DNA from: Callorhinchus milii
Lineage: Eukaryota
NCBI RefSeq assembly: GCF_018977255.1
Contig: NW_024704742.1
Coordinates: forward strand, 78,742,001 to 78,806,000
DNA: 64,000 nucleotides
Reading direction: 5' to 3'
This document shows positions 1 through 14,119 of this stretch, piece after piece. The notes below the pieces were generated by a model, which was not told the DNA's origin, made no database searches, and saw only the letters and a program-made list of their open reading frames with translations. Position numbers and translations under genes: made by a program. The first letter of the stretch is position 1; every line of letters starts with the position of its first letter.

Positions 1-3000
1 TGAAATATAAATGATGTCAGGACACAGACTTATGTAGGAAACAGCTTGATGCAGTGGAAGGACAATAGGTGGGTATTCTTCAAGAATGAGATCAAATGGG
101 CTGAAGGGTCTTCTTCTGAACCTCTCTTGCCTTCGTGTCATATGTGTGGATATTGAGTGAGGTGAGCACTGAGTTTGTGTGTGATCCACACACTGTTTAC
201 TAGTCTGGTAACATTAGGTAATCTCATGAATGAAGAATGACCACTCAAGTAATTCTGGAGTCCTACCAACTGCTGTAGAGCTTCATAAGTCACTGCCTGC
301 AGAGAGAAGGGGGAGATGGATATACAAGCGATAAAGCTTTTCCTGGTTCTTAGTTTTAAGTAAATAAATGTATTCAAACCACTAAAGTGCTCCCTAAAGC
401 TTGAATACTTTATTGGGCATAAAGGTTTTACCACCCAACACAACTGAAAGGGGAAGGACAGTGCATCGGGATTAAAAATATAGGAAGATCTAAAAAAAAC
501 TGGAAGAGCAGGCTCGATGGTCTGAATGGCCTCCTCCTTTACCTGTTTTTCCTAATTTACCACAGTGATGGAATCTGTCATGAATCAGCCTCTATCTTAT
601 AAAATGATGGATCATAAAATCTGATCCATAAATCAGATTTCCATTGCAAAATGTTATGTTCTGCAAACCTGGGAGTACAACTTGTCAAAGTGAAACTTTT
701 GCATTCGCGCTCCTTCAGCTTTTTTGTAGACATAATGATAGGCTCCCATGCCATTCTCGCTAACACTCCCTCATTAATAAAATACACCAATATAAAAAGA
801 GTTTGTGAAACTCTTGTAAACCAACACATTTTCCCTTCCAAAGATTTCTTTCTGTCTGTGCCATTGGTGGTCTTATCATGCATTTTGTTTAAAGTCAGCG
901 TATTTATTGGTAGAAAGTTTGTTGTATTCCCTTCCCACTTGTTCAGTGGTTACATCCTATTGCAATACAGAAACTATTTGCAATTGCTTTGGGATGAGCC
1001 TTTAAGCTTTAATGGATAAGAAAATTAAGTGCTTGCTGGCCCTAGAACAGTGGAGCAAATATTCAATACATTTTTGTTCTTTCATGAATGTACAAATGTT
1101 GCACTGTTGCCTCAGCAATAGATCTCCTCTCAAGGGAATTCCTCTTAGCATCAGTCAAGTAACTGATAACTATTCAATATAACTGACCAAGATAACTGTT
1201 CTCTTTTTTGATCAGTGACCAATGCCCAGAGCTTTAATGACCATCTGAACAAGGAGTTAAGACCTCGGCTTAATGTCTCATTTGAAGGATGGCACCTCTA
1301 ACAATGCAACACATCCCCCGAGTGGGAGTGTCTGCTTATGAGTTCAACATGAATGGGCTTGAACCCAACTTCTAACCTTACAGTAAGAGTATTGCCAATC
1401 AAATCAGACTGACAAGAAGCCGAAATAAAACAAAAAATATAGAACGTTCATATAAATAAATAAAATGAAACCATGTCAAGTGTAATAATGAGCAGTGTTC
1501 ATAAGAGCTATATATGTCATGAAGTAATAATATTACACTCACCATCATCCTTTATTGTATGATTGAAACATTGCTAAATACACATTCAAATAATAAGTAT
1601 TGGAGACATAAGCTTGGGGCTGACATGCTAAGAGAAAAATGTAATGACAACCTCTTACCATTGCTGTCATAAACATAGTTTTTCACTTTTTATTGTCTTT
1701 GTGAATGTACATCTGCACGGTATATGCAGTTAGACATGGAAAGCAATAGCAATTTAAGAGGACATCTAGCCTGTTTAAAACATTTTACATTTTAGTCGAT
1801 TAGCCACAAATAAATTGTTCATATATGAACCATCACAATAAATGACTGTTTTATGAGTCAAATATCCTTGACATGTTGTACAGCAAAACTATAGAGCACA
1901 CAGCATAAACACCAATGTCAGGTTAGCAATAATGTACTGCGGGAAAGAGCAATAATGGCATTCCCATGGCACTGAACATATCTTGATATATGCAAGGATG
2001 TGGAACATAAAACCAAAGAGGCAATGCTAAACTTACATGAATCATTAGTCAGCCTGGAGTTAGAATATTGTGGTTCTCGCCCAATAGTTGAGAGCAAGGT
2101 CCTGACCCTTACATACAAATTCCTTTGCCCTATCACCTCCCTATCTCTGTGATCTTTGCCTGTCCCACTCCTCTGATCTCGCCCTTTGGGTCAGCTAACA
2201 AAGGCCTGCCTTGGGTCCTCCCTGTCCTTGCCACCATGGTACAAATACTACATCCCTAACCTCTGAACTCCCTCCCTCTAACCCTCCACCTCACTCCACC
2301 TATTTATGTTTAAAACACACCTAAAAACCTTTCTCTTCAACTGTGCCTATGGTCACCTCTCCTTCCCAGTGCTTGTTGTTTGACCCTGTCTTTGTGAAGG
2401 GCACTGATACGTTATCCAACGTGAAGGGTGCTATATTATTGCAATATTAATTGTGTTGTGTCTGCGAGCACATGTGGGAATATCTTTTCTATTTGAGACA
2501 AGAAATCAGTGTCATCTAATTTCACAATTACCTTCCATCATGTTGTACAGTATCAGATTGCTTACCGAGTCAAGTTGAACTGTTTGCAGGGTCAGGGTTC
2601 ACTTATGTATTAATCGTTCTACCATTTCCATTGTAACTAACTTTTCCAGGCAAATGTGCTGGATTTCTGGCCAGTTTGACAAAAGGGAATAAAAATTATC
2701 TTTGTATTGTCTTCAGTTGCGAAATCCAATTTCTATTTTTATTCCATCCTTCGTGTTAAACCATGAACCCATCTGCCTGTTCACGTGCATGTTAAAGATC
2801 CCATGGCACTATTGTGGAGTCATGTATCTCAGTGGTTAAAGTACTCGCCTCACAAGCGAGAGGAACTGGTTTTGATTTCTGGGCAGAGCAAAATGTTGTG
2901 CGGGTTTCCTTACTCCATGCACCTCTGTTTATAAACAAACAAATAAATAAATAATAATTTTTTAAAAAATTTCACTCAATCCACGGCTGTCAGTGATACA

Positions 3001-3339
3001 CTGCTGTGCGCAATTGGCTGCTGCATTTCACCCACAAAATATACAGTCAATTTACTTCAATTTAAATGCAAGGATTGTCATTATTATTACTATTCAAAAA
3101 GAGAAGGGAGTTTTTCCCGGTGTCCTGGCCAACACGTCCTACAAATAAAATTGGTCACTCGCTCAATGGCTCTTGTGGGACACTCAATCTATGACTGTCA
3201 GCTTGACACTGCTGTGTGCAAACCGGCTGCCATGTTTGCCCACAAAATACACAGTTACTCCACTTTACAGTATATCCTGTAAAGCATTTTGAGACATCTC
3301 AATGATGTGATAAAGTGTTATATTAAATGCAAGAATTAT

Positions 3340-3800
3340 TATTAAATGAATCCAGTGTCGTGGCCTCAACCACCCTTCTCGCCAACCTGTGCCAGTCATT
3401 AATCATCCTCTGGATAAAAAAATACTTCCTGGATATTCCAGTACTGAAATTGCCCTTTGAAGCCTGAAGGGAACACAAACAACTTTCTGCCAATAAATGT
3501 TCTCTTGGTCTGCTGTCTTGGTGCATCTAAAAGTATTGTTCTAAGTTTACTTTCTCAATCCCATTAAAAATTCTTATTTTCCTTTATTAGATCCCATCTG
3601 AGACATTTGCTTTCAAGATTGAAAAGTTCCATCTTGTCTCCGCCCTAGCTTGTTCCTTATAGCTCATTCTTCAAACATTGGGGATCATCCTCATTGCTCT
3701 CCTCTGCACTGCCTCAAGGCTCTGGGTAGTCCTTTAGACCAGAACTGTATAAAATACCCTGGGTGTAGTCTGGCTTAAGCACTGTGTGACTTGGACTATC
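3340..3800 (-). mobile_element. Degraded CR1 3' fragment
   Basis: KYFFIQRMINDWHRL...VVEATTLDSF. Confidence 0.7.
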
Positions 3801-4795
3801 AAGACTCAACTACATGCTTTGTTTTAATGGAGGTTTTCAGTAGGTGGCAGTAGTTCTTTCTGTTTCACATTTGATGATGGAAGAACGTTCATTGATGAGT
3901 GATGTACAGACATTCGCATCAGTATGTGGCAGCTACTAGTATTTATATGAAAATAATTAAGTCAACGCAAGCTATTCTGATCTGAAATGAATATTTACAG
4001 GAGTCCATCATGCACTTTTCAGGGATGCAAGAAATATGTGTTTTTTGCACTTAGAATTTCTTCACAAACTTGCAATATAAAATTAGTTAACTTAGAGTGC
4101 ATGTCACACCCTGCAGAGTTGAACTCAGATTATGAAATTAGGAGTGTGAAAATGTGGAATCATTGACTGGAAAGCTGCGGAAACAGAATCAATTGAAATG
4201 TTTAAATTGGAGATTGAAAGATACTTGCGAAGTAAAGGTATTGAGGGGTATAGAGAAAAGGCAGAGAAATGAGAATAAATGGTTAAAAAATCTGGCATGA
4301 TCTAATAAACTGACAAGACAGACTTGATGGGCTAAATGGGGCTCTTCCTGTTCCTATGTAACTATCTGATTTTAGTTGTAGACATGATGAGAGGTGAGAT
4401 ATGATTTAGGTCTTTAAAGATACAAGAAGATCAGATAACTTATACCTAGAACATAAAACTTTTAGCACAGAACCAATGGATGCGGTTGAGATTAATGAAC
4501 CTCAATTGAAACACATAGAATGTTGCCCCCCACTGCCAGAGCAATAGATTTGAGGAACAAACTTCAATGGACTGAAGCTTTCAATGAACCGAGAGGAAGC
4601 AAACCCCATGCAATTCACTTCTCACAGGATATACAGTAAAGTGAAGTGACTTTGTGTTTTATGGGCAAACCCGGTAGCCAATTAGCACAAAAGTGCTCAA
4701 CTTGAATTTTGAATGTTTCCTAAATGATAAATATTTCTCTTTTTTTGAAAAAGAATAACAAGAATAGGATATTTGCACAGCAGTCACATCATTGT

Positions 4796-5151
4796 GGAGT
4801 CTTGTAGCTCAGTGGTTAGAGCACTCGCCTACCAAGCGAGAGACCTGGGTTGATTCCCGGCAGGGTGAAACATTGGGCAAGTTTCCTTACTCCACATCAT
4901 TCTGCTTACCTAGCAGTAAGTAGGAACCCAATCATTAGCCAATTGGCAGATCGCTTTTTCGGGGTAAATAATCCCTTAAAAAAATGTGGTCACTCAATCC
5001 ACGACTGTGGGACACTGCTGTGCACAATTGGCTGCTGTGTTTTGCCCACAAAATATACACTCAATTCTCTTTACAGTATATTCTGTGAAGCGCTTTGAGA
5101 CGTCTAGAAAATGTGATAAGGTGCTACATCAAATGCAAGGATTATTATTAT
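4796..5151 (+). mobile_element. tRNA-Ala-headed Deu-type SINE, long subfamily
   Basis: A/B-box head, core TGTGGGACACTGCTGTGCACAATTGGCTGC, L2-like 3' end and (TTA)n tail. Confidence 0.88.
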
Positions 5152-8100
5152 CATTGAAATCCATTTACTACGAATTATATTTTATGAAGGAAAACAATAT
5201 TTTGAGCAGAACAATTAGCACATTTGAGTACTTACAGGTTGAAAGTGGAAGTGACTAAATAAAATTGGTCATTCACTTAATAGCCGTTTGTCGCACATTG
5301 CTGTGAACAAAATGGCTGCTGTGTTCGCCTACAAACTACAATGACTGCATTTACAGTCACTTTCCTGTGAAGGGCTTTGAAATGTCCTTCAAACATGAAA
5401 GACACTGTATCAATTGCGATTATTATTATAAGTGTTCACCTTTAGTTCATTTGGTTTACATAATCCAAGTGCTGCAGCCCAACAAGGGCAGCGGTAATAT
5501 GCTGCAATAATCTTTGACATATGCCTGAGTGTGAGTGGGCTGACTGCCTCTCCCTTGATAGTTTGTCAGTACAACTTGGCACAATGATATTGGCAAGCAT
5601 GCTTTCTGCTGCAGTTTTGGAGCAATGGGAATTGGACTCTGTCAGTGATGATTTGAACTGATAGCTGAGGAGAGCTTCATCTAAAAATAGATCCAGCTGC
5701 TCTGATGACTGCTGTTTCCATGACAGAAATTGCCAATTTAACACTGTCAGATCAGATAAAAGAGGTGAGGTAGGTGGAATGAGCTGTGAAACTTTCTCTA
5801 CCCACAAATTCATCTGATTATAGGTTGACAACACCTGCGAATATTCTCTTTATTTATATATATAGTTAGTAAATGTTATGCTTATCACAGTGAAGCTTTG
5901 GGAATGAAACTTTTCAACTTTTTGCATTGAGTCTCAGTTTCGGACACTTCAAGTTCACTTACAGGATAGGGTTGGAGGCAGGATCCATTTTCCACTCCAT
6001 TCAATCTTCCTGATAGAAGAAATGGAAGAGGGCATTTTTTTCCTGGATGGTTCTGGATTGTATTTCTTCAGCTGTTCAGATAGGTGTTAAAGATCCCATG
6101 GCATTATTTGAAAAATAGAAGGGAATTTCTCCCTGTCCCAATCCTCTAGATCAGTGGTGGCCAACCTTTATGATCAGCCAACAAAATATATTTTCTTGAT
6201 TGAATATTTCTTGATTTGTGACATAAATTTATGTTCATGGGCCACAGGTTGGCCACCACTGCTCTAGATAAATTGGTCATTCACTTAATGCTTGATGTGA
6301 GTCATTGCTGTCCACAACTCAACATGCTTTCCTACAAAATGCACACTGTATTCATTGCACAGTAAAAAAATCCTGTGAAGATCTTTGAGACATTTTAACA
6401 TTTGAGACTCAAACCCAGTTGATAAGTGTTGACTGTCCAGCGCTTTGGGACGACCTCCTGATGTGAAAAGCGCTATACAAATGTGATTGGTTGCTGTTGC
6501 TTAAAGGCCTTAAGAGCTAACAATAATCCTTCCTATTTTTCCAACTCGCTGAACCGATGCCTTGTGGATCTAAAAGGACTAGTTCTATTTTGACTCTGCT
6601 TGTTATATTAGAGATAAAATGACTACACAAGATTTGATTAATCATTCAATTATACTCCACTTCATGACATGTGTCAGAGACTAATCACAATGGATCTATT
6701 TGTGTAATTCAATTTACAGTAATTAGATTGAGATGAATAATTGATCAGACTGCCTTTTATCCGACCCAGTAAATCAGCACTTAACTGATTCCTTCTCGTT
6801 TTACAGTTTGCCCCTGAATTGTACACTAGGAATCATTGTGCCTTGTAAAGTTTCTCCCACTTGTGCTAGTGGAATGGATTAGGACTATAATAATAATAAT
6901 CCTTGCATTTGATATAGTGCCTCATCATGTTTTCATATGTCTCAAAGTGCTTCACAGAATATACTGTAAAATAGTTGAAGATTGACATGCCATTTTCACT
7001 ATCACTGAAGTACTACAATACAATTTACATTTATACATCGCCTTTCATGTTGGGAGCACGTATCAGAGTTCTTGACACTGCTGGCTGAGCACTCAAGCTG
7101 GGTAAAGGGGTCTTGAGACTGTCCTTGAATGAGGGGAAGGGTGATTCAAAGGAACTCCAAGATGGAGTTCCAGAAAATGGGGGGATAATACTAATCTTTG
7201 TCTTTGATGTGGCGTCTTATTACGTCATTGAGCCATCTTAAAGTACTTTAAGAATATATAGGATATACTACATAGTTTGACTGAATATTGGATGAGGTGT
7301 TAAACTGAGGTCCTTGGCAGCCTGCTAAGATGGGTGTTAAATGTCCCATGGCACTATTTGAAAAGAGAAGGGATTTTCCTTGTCCTGACCAACAATCCTC
7401 CAGATAAAAAAAATGGTCATTCATTTCTTGGCTGTTTGTGGGTTATTGCTGTGAGTAAAGTGGCAGCTACATTCACCTACAAATACATAGTCATCACACT
7501 TTACAGCAAATCCTGTGAAGCACTTTGAGATATTTTGACAATGTGATATATCCCTAGAAAAAATGCAAGGAGTATTATTATTATTACTGCGCTGCTGTAG
7601 CAGCCGGGGCTATAAGCTTCAGGTCTTACATAAACCCCAAACCTTTTGACCACAGGTGAGATGTTAATAACCGAGCCAAGCTTACAAATAAATAAGGAGG
7701 AAATATACCAAATGCCAGTAATATTATTTTTATTTTTTTGTACACCTGGTTTAAAAAGAGATCAGTCTATAAAATTATAAGCCTATATATCAAAACATTG
7801 CACAGAATGCAGTAGGTGTTTTGCTGTTGGATTGATAGAAATAAATGATCTTCTTCAGCGTGGGTGGTCAGGAAATGGATAATGTTGATTGTAATGTTGG
7901 TCCTGAAGCTATTCCTGACCAATTTAGAGATTCACTGAGATCTTTAAATAACGTAATCTTCCTGGAAATGTTGTGCCCACTTGTCTTGCTTAGGAGATTT
8001 GATGAATTGCTAGCTGGAGTCCACAATAGTTAACTCAGGTTATGTACACTCCTTTAACACAAATGGGCTTAATGAGCCAAATGTCCTTTTCTTGATCCTT

Positions 8101-8187
8101 AGGTCATTTTCTATAAGCTTCTTTACCTGGTCCATTCTGAGCAATAGCTCACAGTGATGTAATTCATCATCCTATGCAACTGTCTTC

Positions 8188-8476
8188 AAAATCTGGTTTA
8201 GCAAGAAAAGTTATGCCTTAAACACAATTAAACCAATTCTTGATAAGCATGCTCAATCTGACCAGGCATTGTAATTTGGATAAGTATCTCAGTCTAATGC
8301 CACTGAATGGGAAAATTATAATAATAAAATAGAGAAAATCTGGTTTAGCAAGAAGAGTTACATATTCAATACAGTGTAACCAATTATTGCTAAGCACGCT
8401 CAATTTGACCAGGCATTGTAATTTGGATATGTGTTTCATTCTGATGTCACTGAATGGGAAAATTATAACAGTAATC
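8188..8476. repeat. Two-copy 147-bp diverged tandem duplication
   Basis: AAAATCTGGTTTAGCAAGA...TGACCAGGCATTGTAATTTGGATA...CACTGAATGGGAAAATTATAA starts at 8188 and again at 8335. Confidence 0.9.
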
Positions 8477-9899
8477 GTTGCATTTGATTTAGCAGCTTCA
8501 AAATATCTCAAAGTGCTTCACAGGATTTACTGTTAAGTGTAGTTAATGTGCACTTTATAGTCAAGCGCAGCAGTCAATTTCAACAAACAATGTCCCACAA
8601 ACAGCCACAAAGTGAATGATCAACTTTACCTGGGGGGTTGTTGGCCCAGGCACTGGGAGAAACTTTTTCAAAGGTTTTTACAATTTTTTTTGCAAATAGT
8701 GGAATGGAACTTTAAAAGTCCACTTAAGGAGGGAGATAGGACCTCAGGTTAATATCTCAGTTGAAGGATGACACTTTTGACAATGTAACACTCCCCCGTA
8801 CTGAATCGGAAACTTGACTTGGAGCTCAAAGACTCAAAGTGGAGGTTAAAATTAAACCCTCTGACTGAAAGGTGAGAATGCTATCACTGAGCCAGGTTGA
8901 ATGCAAATTAATTGCGTTGTAACTTTTTTCACTTGTCTGAAATGATACCAGAGATTTGAAAAAAAGGGAAGAAAAGCACATTTCAGTTGGTCTCATTGCT
9001 TTCTGATAAATTTAATTGCATTGAATTTTTGCAGATTGCATAGAATTACATAAAACATCACAGGCCATTCGCCCTAACATGTTCTTGCCTCCACATGAGC
9101 CTCCAACCCTCCAATACCCCTCTCCCTACTATACCATTATCCTTCAAACTGGATTTTACATTTGCAACAAATGTAATAACATTTTAAACTTCGACAGAAG
9201 CCTGGAATACAAAATCAAAGGTGACATGGAGACTTTGTTCGGCTTAAAGTCATTCATATTCCCACAGAAGCTATTGTTGCTACGTTATCAATGTTAGCTT
9301 AGTGGTTGTATTCCTTCCTCTGGACTGGGAGGTTGTAATAACCTGTACCGTGAGTAATGCTGCATTGTTGGAGATCCCATCTTTAGGTCAAAGTATTAAA
9401 CTGAGGTCCTGTCTGCATCGTCAACTATTAAACACCAATTGAAAAAAGGGACGTTTTCTTGGTCAACATTGGCCCTTGTATAAGTTCATTTTTAAAACAA
9501 TCTGATTGAGTTTAGTTGTTTATCTCATTGTTGTTTGTGGGGCATTGCTGACACAGATTATCTGTTTGATTTTTCCCATAATAATAATTTCAAGATAGAC
9601 TCATTGGGAACTTCTGCTCAAATATCAAATGAAATTGCTTTAATGATCTTTTCCTGCCACCTGCTGACATTCCACAGAAGTGCAAGCACTGTCGTGAACC
9701 TTGTTTTTTTAATTTCTTCAACTATAATAATCCTTACATTTGGAAAACGTCTTTCACGTCGGGAGGATGTCCCAAAACACTTCACAGGGTATAGGGTAAA
9801 GTGGAATAACTGTGTACCTTGTGGGAAAATGGAGCAACCAGTTTTGCACATGGTATTGTCCCACAAACAGCCAAGAAGTGAATCTGTGGCCAGGACACT

Positions 9900-11760
9900 G
9901 GGACACCTTCTCTGAAAGAAGGGAGATAGAATTGAAATACTATGATGGAACTGGAGGCCCTAGCGGTAATTGATGATTTTGACCTGGTGGGGATCACACA
10001 GACGTGGCTAATTCAGGTTGGTGTAAGTGGATATGGGCTATTCAGGAAAGTTTTGAATAATAGGAAAGGTGGAGGGATTTCTATATATGTGAAGGACACT
10101 TGGGAGATTAAGATGGTTGGGCCAACATCAGAGGAATAATTTTAGTGTGAAATTCTCGGGTGGAAGTGCTCCACGTGGGAAGAAGTAAAATTCCATTTGT
10201 GACTAGATTTACTATATTAGTGTAGAATTTCAGGTCAATGTAACAAATTCTTAAATGCAGTCTTAATTTTCAAGCAATTTTTGAAAGTGGCTACAGAAAC
10301 TACAATGTAGTGCACTTTGTGACTCAGTGTGTTGGATCACACAGGTGCGCTCCCTCCATGACTTAGTTGTAGTCAGTGACTCAGAAACTATTTAGTTAAT
10401 CCACGAGGCGACAGTGCCTGCAGTCCAATAACATTCAGTTTGAGTTAGGAAAGGCACAGGTACGTAACCAACTCTAGTCTACAATATTAGACGGACAAAA
10501 TTGAGGAGAATGAGGGCTGAGCTAAATGACATAGAATGGGAGGCATTCCTCAAGGACAAATAGGTTCAGGATAAATGGACATCCATCAAAATATTATGTA
10601 AACCTTGCAGGATAAGCACATGCCCAAGTGCAACAGAGGCAAAAGAAAATAGGGAAATAAAAAGCGAAGACAAAAAGGATAATAAACAAAGCTTTTAGAG
10701 AGAAAGTAAAGGGTGACAATTGAGCTGACTATAAGACTGTTGGGAAACAGATAAAAAGTGAGAATAAGACAGTCAGGAAAGAAATAGAAAGGGATACAGC
10801 AGCATATGGAAAACATAATGCCAAAATTAATGGCAATATTATAACAGCATTCACCTCGCAAGCGAAAGGACTGGGGTTCGGTTCCCGGGCAGGGTGAGAC
10901 ATTAGGCAAATTTCTTTATTCCACATGCCTCTGTTTACCTAGCAGTAAGTAGGAATATATTAACACCCTAAGGAACTTGGTGGGGGTTGGGGGTCTGTGG
11001 TGAGAGAAGGAATTGGACACAGTGAAAGGACTACTTCCCGGAGGTTTATATGAAGAAGGACATTAAAAACATATTGTAACATTCAGCAAACATGAGTTGA
11101 GCTCCAGAACTATGATACAAGTGAGGCAAACGGTTCTGCATAGACTCAAGGGACTCGAAACCAGCAAATCCCCAGGGTTAAGTGAATTGCACTCCAGTAT
11201 ACACAGGGAGACAAGCATAGGATTTGTGCATCACAGACAGACGTTATGAATGAGTCACTTCCCACTGTGGCTTAAGTGGTTAGAGCAATCACCCTGCAAG
11301 CAAGGGGATCGGTATTGTATCCCCGGACCGGGGTGAAACATTAGGCAAGTTTCCGTACTCCACATTCCTCTGTTTATCTAGCAATAAGTAGGAACCCGGT
11401 TGTTAGTCAATTGATGGCTCCTTTTCCAGTGGTAATAATCTCTGTTTGATAATAATTTGGTCACTCAATCCATGACTGTTTGTGGGACACTGCTGTGTGC
11501 AATTGGCTGCTGGGTTTCACCCACAAAATATACAGTCAGTTCACTTTACAGTATATTCTGTGAAATGCTTTGAGACGTCTTGAAGACATGATAATGTAAG
11601 GATTATTATTATTATCATTATTGGTGAGGTCCAAAAGCCTAGAAGCAAATAAATGTGGTTTTCAGATTCAAGAAGGGTGACAGAAGCATACCTGGTAACT
11701 ACAGACTCATTAGCCTGACCTCAGTAATTGGAAAACAAAGTACGGCATGAAACATCTGTC
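9900..11760 (+). mobile_element. Fragmented CR1-clade LINE ORF2 (endonuclease to RT), interrupted by other insertions
   Basis: ELEALAV.DDFDLVGITQTWL...GYGLFRK...KGGGISIYVKD, then KSPG....LH and KKGDRSIPGNYRLISLTSVIGK remnants. Confidence 0.75.
11265..11620 (+). mobile_element. tRNA-headed SINE, long subfamily
   Basis: Same architecture as 4796-5151. Confidence 0.85.
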
Positions 11761-11909
11761 ACAAGCTGATGTCACTGGATATAAAGGGTAAGACATGATA
11801 TGGATTATTGAATTATTGTACTGCTTGAGATTTAAATTAAGAATACTACTCGTGTGATAGCTGCTATATAAATGCATGTTGTTGTTGTTGTTGCTGTTAT
11901 TGTAAATTT

Positions 11910-12520
11910 CTTAAGGTTAACTGAAGTCATCCTGGTCGGCTATCATCAGTGTCTTAATATCTCTGGATCTTCTCTCAGTCGCTTATCCTGATCAATGCTT
12001 ATTCTGTGTCCCTCTTGGTATGAGGTTCATTCCTTAGCTTTGGTTCAAAGCCTGAACCCAGTCCTTGACCAAGACCAACTTTCCCCATTTAGAAAGTTTC
12101 TTGACTAGGCCTTTACCTCACCCCAAAGCAGCCAAACTCCTCATTCATGCATTTGCCATCTCAAGACTAGATTTCTTCAGCTTCCTCATTGCTAGCCTCT
12201 TTAGCTCCAACATCCATAACCTCCACCTCATTCAAAACACCACAATCTGTAATCTTCTCCAGCTCTATTTTCCTGCTCATATCTTGCGCTCCTCATTTTC
12301 GGCCTGCTACTTGTCTTTCGCTCCCTCTGTCCATGTATTGGTGGCCAAGATTTTAACCTTTCCATCCCAGTTCTCTGGTATTACTTCTCCAAATCCCTTT
12401 CTCCCTGTCTTCAACCCCCCGCTGGAAGCCTCTCTCTTTGCTCAAAATCCTCAAACCCCTCTCCTTTTCCTACCTTGTTTGGTGATCCGCTCTGTCTTTG
12501 AAAACCTCACAAATCCTGTA
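11910..12520 (+). mobile_element. Degraded L2 ORF2 3' fragment
   Basis: AAKLLIHAFAISRLDF...LHLIQN. Confidence 0.7.
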
Positions 12521-14119
12521 AGAGTGCAATGTGTTGTATTCAACCTATGCAGTCTAAAATACATTTACCAAGAAGCTGTCGTATCTGAGTCTAAGATGCA
12601 AGATTTCTAAAGGGATTCTTTAATAAGGAGCTCAAGTCACCAAATACTTGCTCCTCAAGGAACTGGGTGGCCCTCACTTTGATCGATGAGAATCTATCTC
12701 TGCTGCAGATTTCTTTATTCAGAAATCCCATTAGAAATTCCACATTTTAGACCAATATCTAACATTTTGGTAAAACAACCAGAATAACGGATAATAATAA
12801 TCGTCACATTTTGATATAGAGCTTTTCACGTTGGTAGAATGTCTCAAAGAGCTTCACAGGATATACTGTAAAATGTACTGACTGTGCAATCTGTAGGCAA
12901 ATCCGGCAGCCAATTTGCACACATTAATATATTTTGAGCAGTTCTGAAATGCTCAAGGATACAAACTAATTCTGATCTTGACTATTGCCCCATCATTCCT
13001 TTGCAATGCCTTATGTTTCCAGTGGAAAGAATAAAAGGGGGACTTAGCAGCAGGAGGCTGTAGTTGTGCCATAGACACTGGGGCTGATTAACCTCCTTCT
13101 GTATTGAAAACAAATCTGTTTTTCTTGCGTTCAGATAGGTAATAATAATAAGTGCTCTGAACACTGCCCGGTGTGGAGGGCACTATATAAATGCAAGTTG
13201 TTGTTGTTGTAATAACCCTTTCATTTGATACAGTGCCTTACCAGGTCTTCGTGACGTCTCAGAATGCTTCAGAGAATATACTGTCAAGTAAATTGACTGT
13301 ATATTTTGAAGGCGAAATGCGCCAGCCAATTGTGCACAGCAGTGTCCCACAAACAGTCTTGGATTGAGTGATCAAATTATTATTATATTATTTTTTTCAA
13401 AGGGTTTATTACCCCTATAAGGTAGAATGCTTTTAAAGTGCTGCAGATGACAAATAATCATTGTTGATTATAAATGTAAATTTCTGCCTACGCAGGGTTT
13501 AGGGTAGGAGAATCATCCATATATCACTCCATTTTACAACATTACAATTCAAAGAGGGAGTATTCTGAACTCAGTGCAGTGTGCCTCACTAAAGCTATGT
13601 GGCCGGAAACCATTTGTGCTTCAACTTGACAGGATGTATACAATGACTACTCTGCTCCCAAGCAAGGTGACTTTCCAATTTGCACCACCACATTTAGGTT
13701 AGGGTATCATCATGCTATATTACTGCCATCTTCTGTTTTGTCTCTAAAAATGACAATGTATTTTTGTTTGGTAGGGTAGGAATAATGGAACAGCATTAAA
13801 ACTACACTTATCTTTGAGTTGATTTAGATACTATCTTTTGATTATAGTGTTCACGAGGGAGAAGGAAATAATGAGGTGGGTATTGGAGGGCTGGAGGTTC
13901 TTGTGGAATACAAGCACTGGCATGCAATAGTTGGCATGTTTTTGTAAGATAATGTTTTATGGTTCTATGTAATTCTATGTAGTACCAGATTTAGAAGCAA
14001 CCCCACCAACTTAGCTCGTACATATCTTTATTACTTTTAACTTTTGTCAGTCTATTAATAATAGTTTTATTAATTTGACCCACAACCCCACATTCTGCTG
14101 TTTTTTCAATGAGGAGCTC

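Noticed and set aside
578..1019. Overlapping 101-aa and 122-aa ORFs
   Set aside because: No recognisable domain. A decayed exon cannot be excluded, but there is no positive support.
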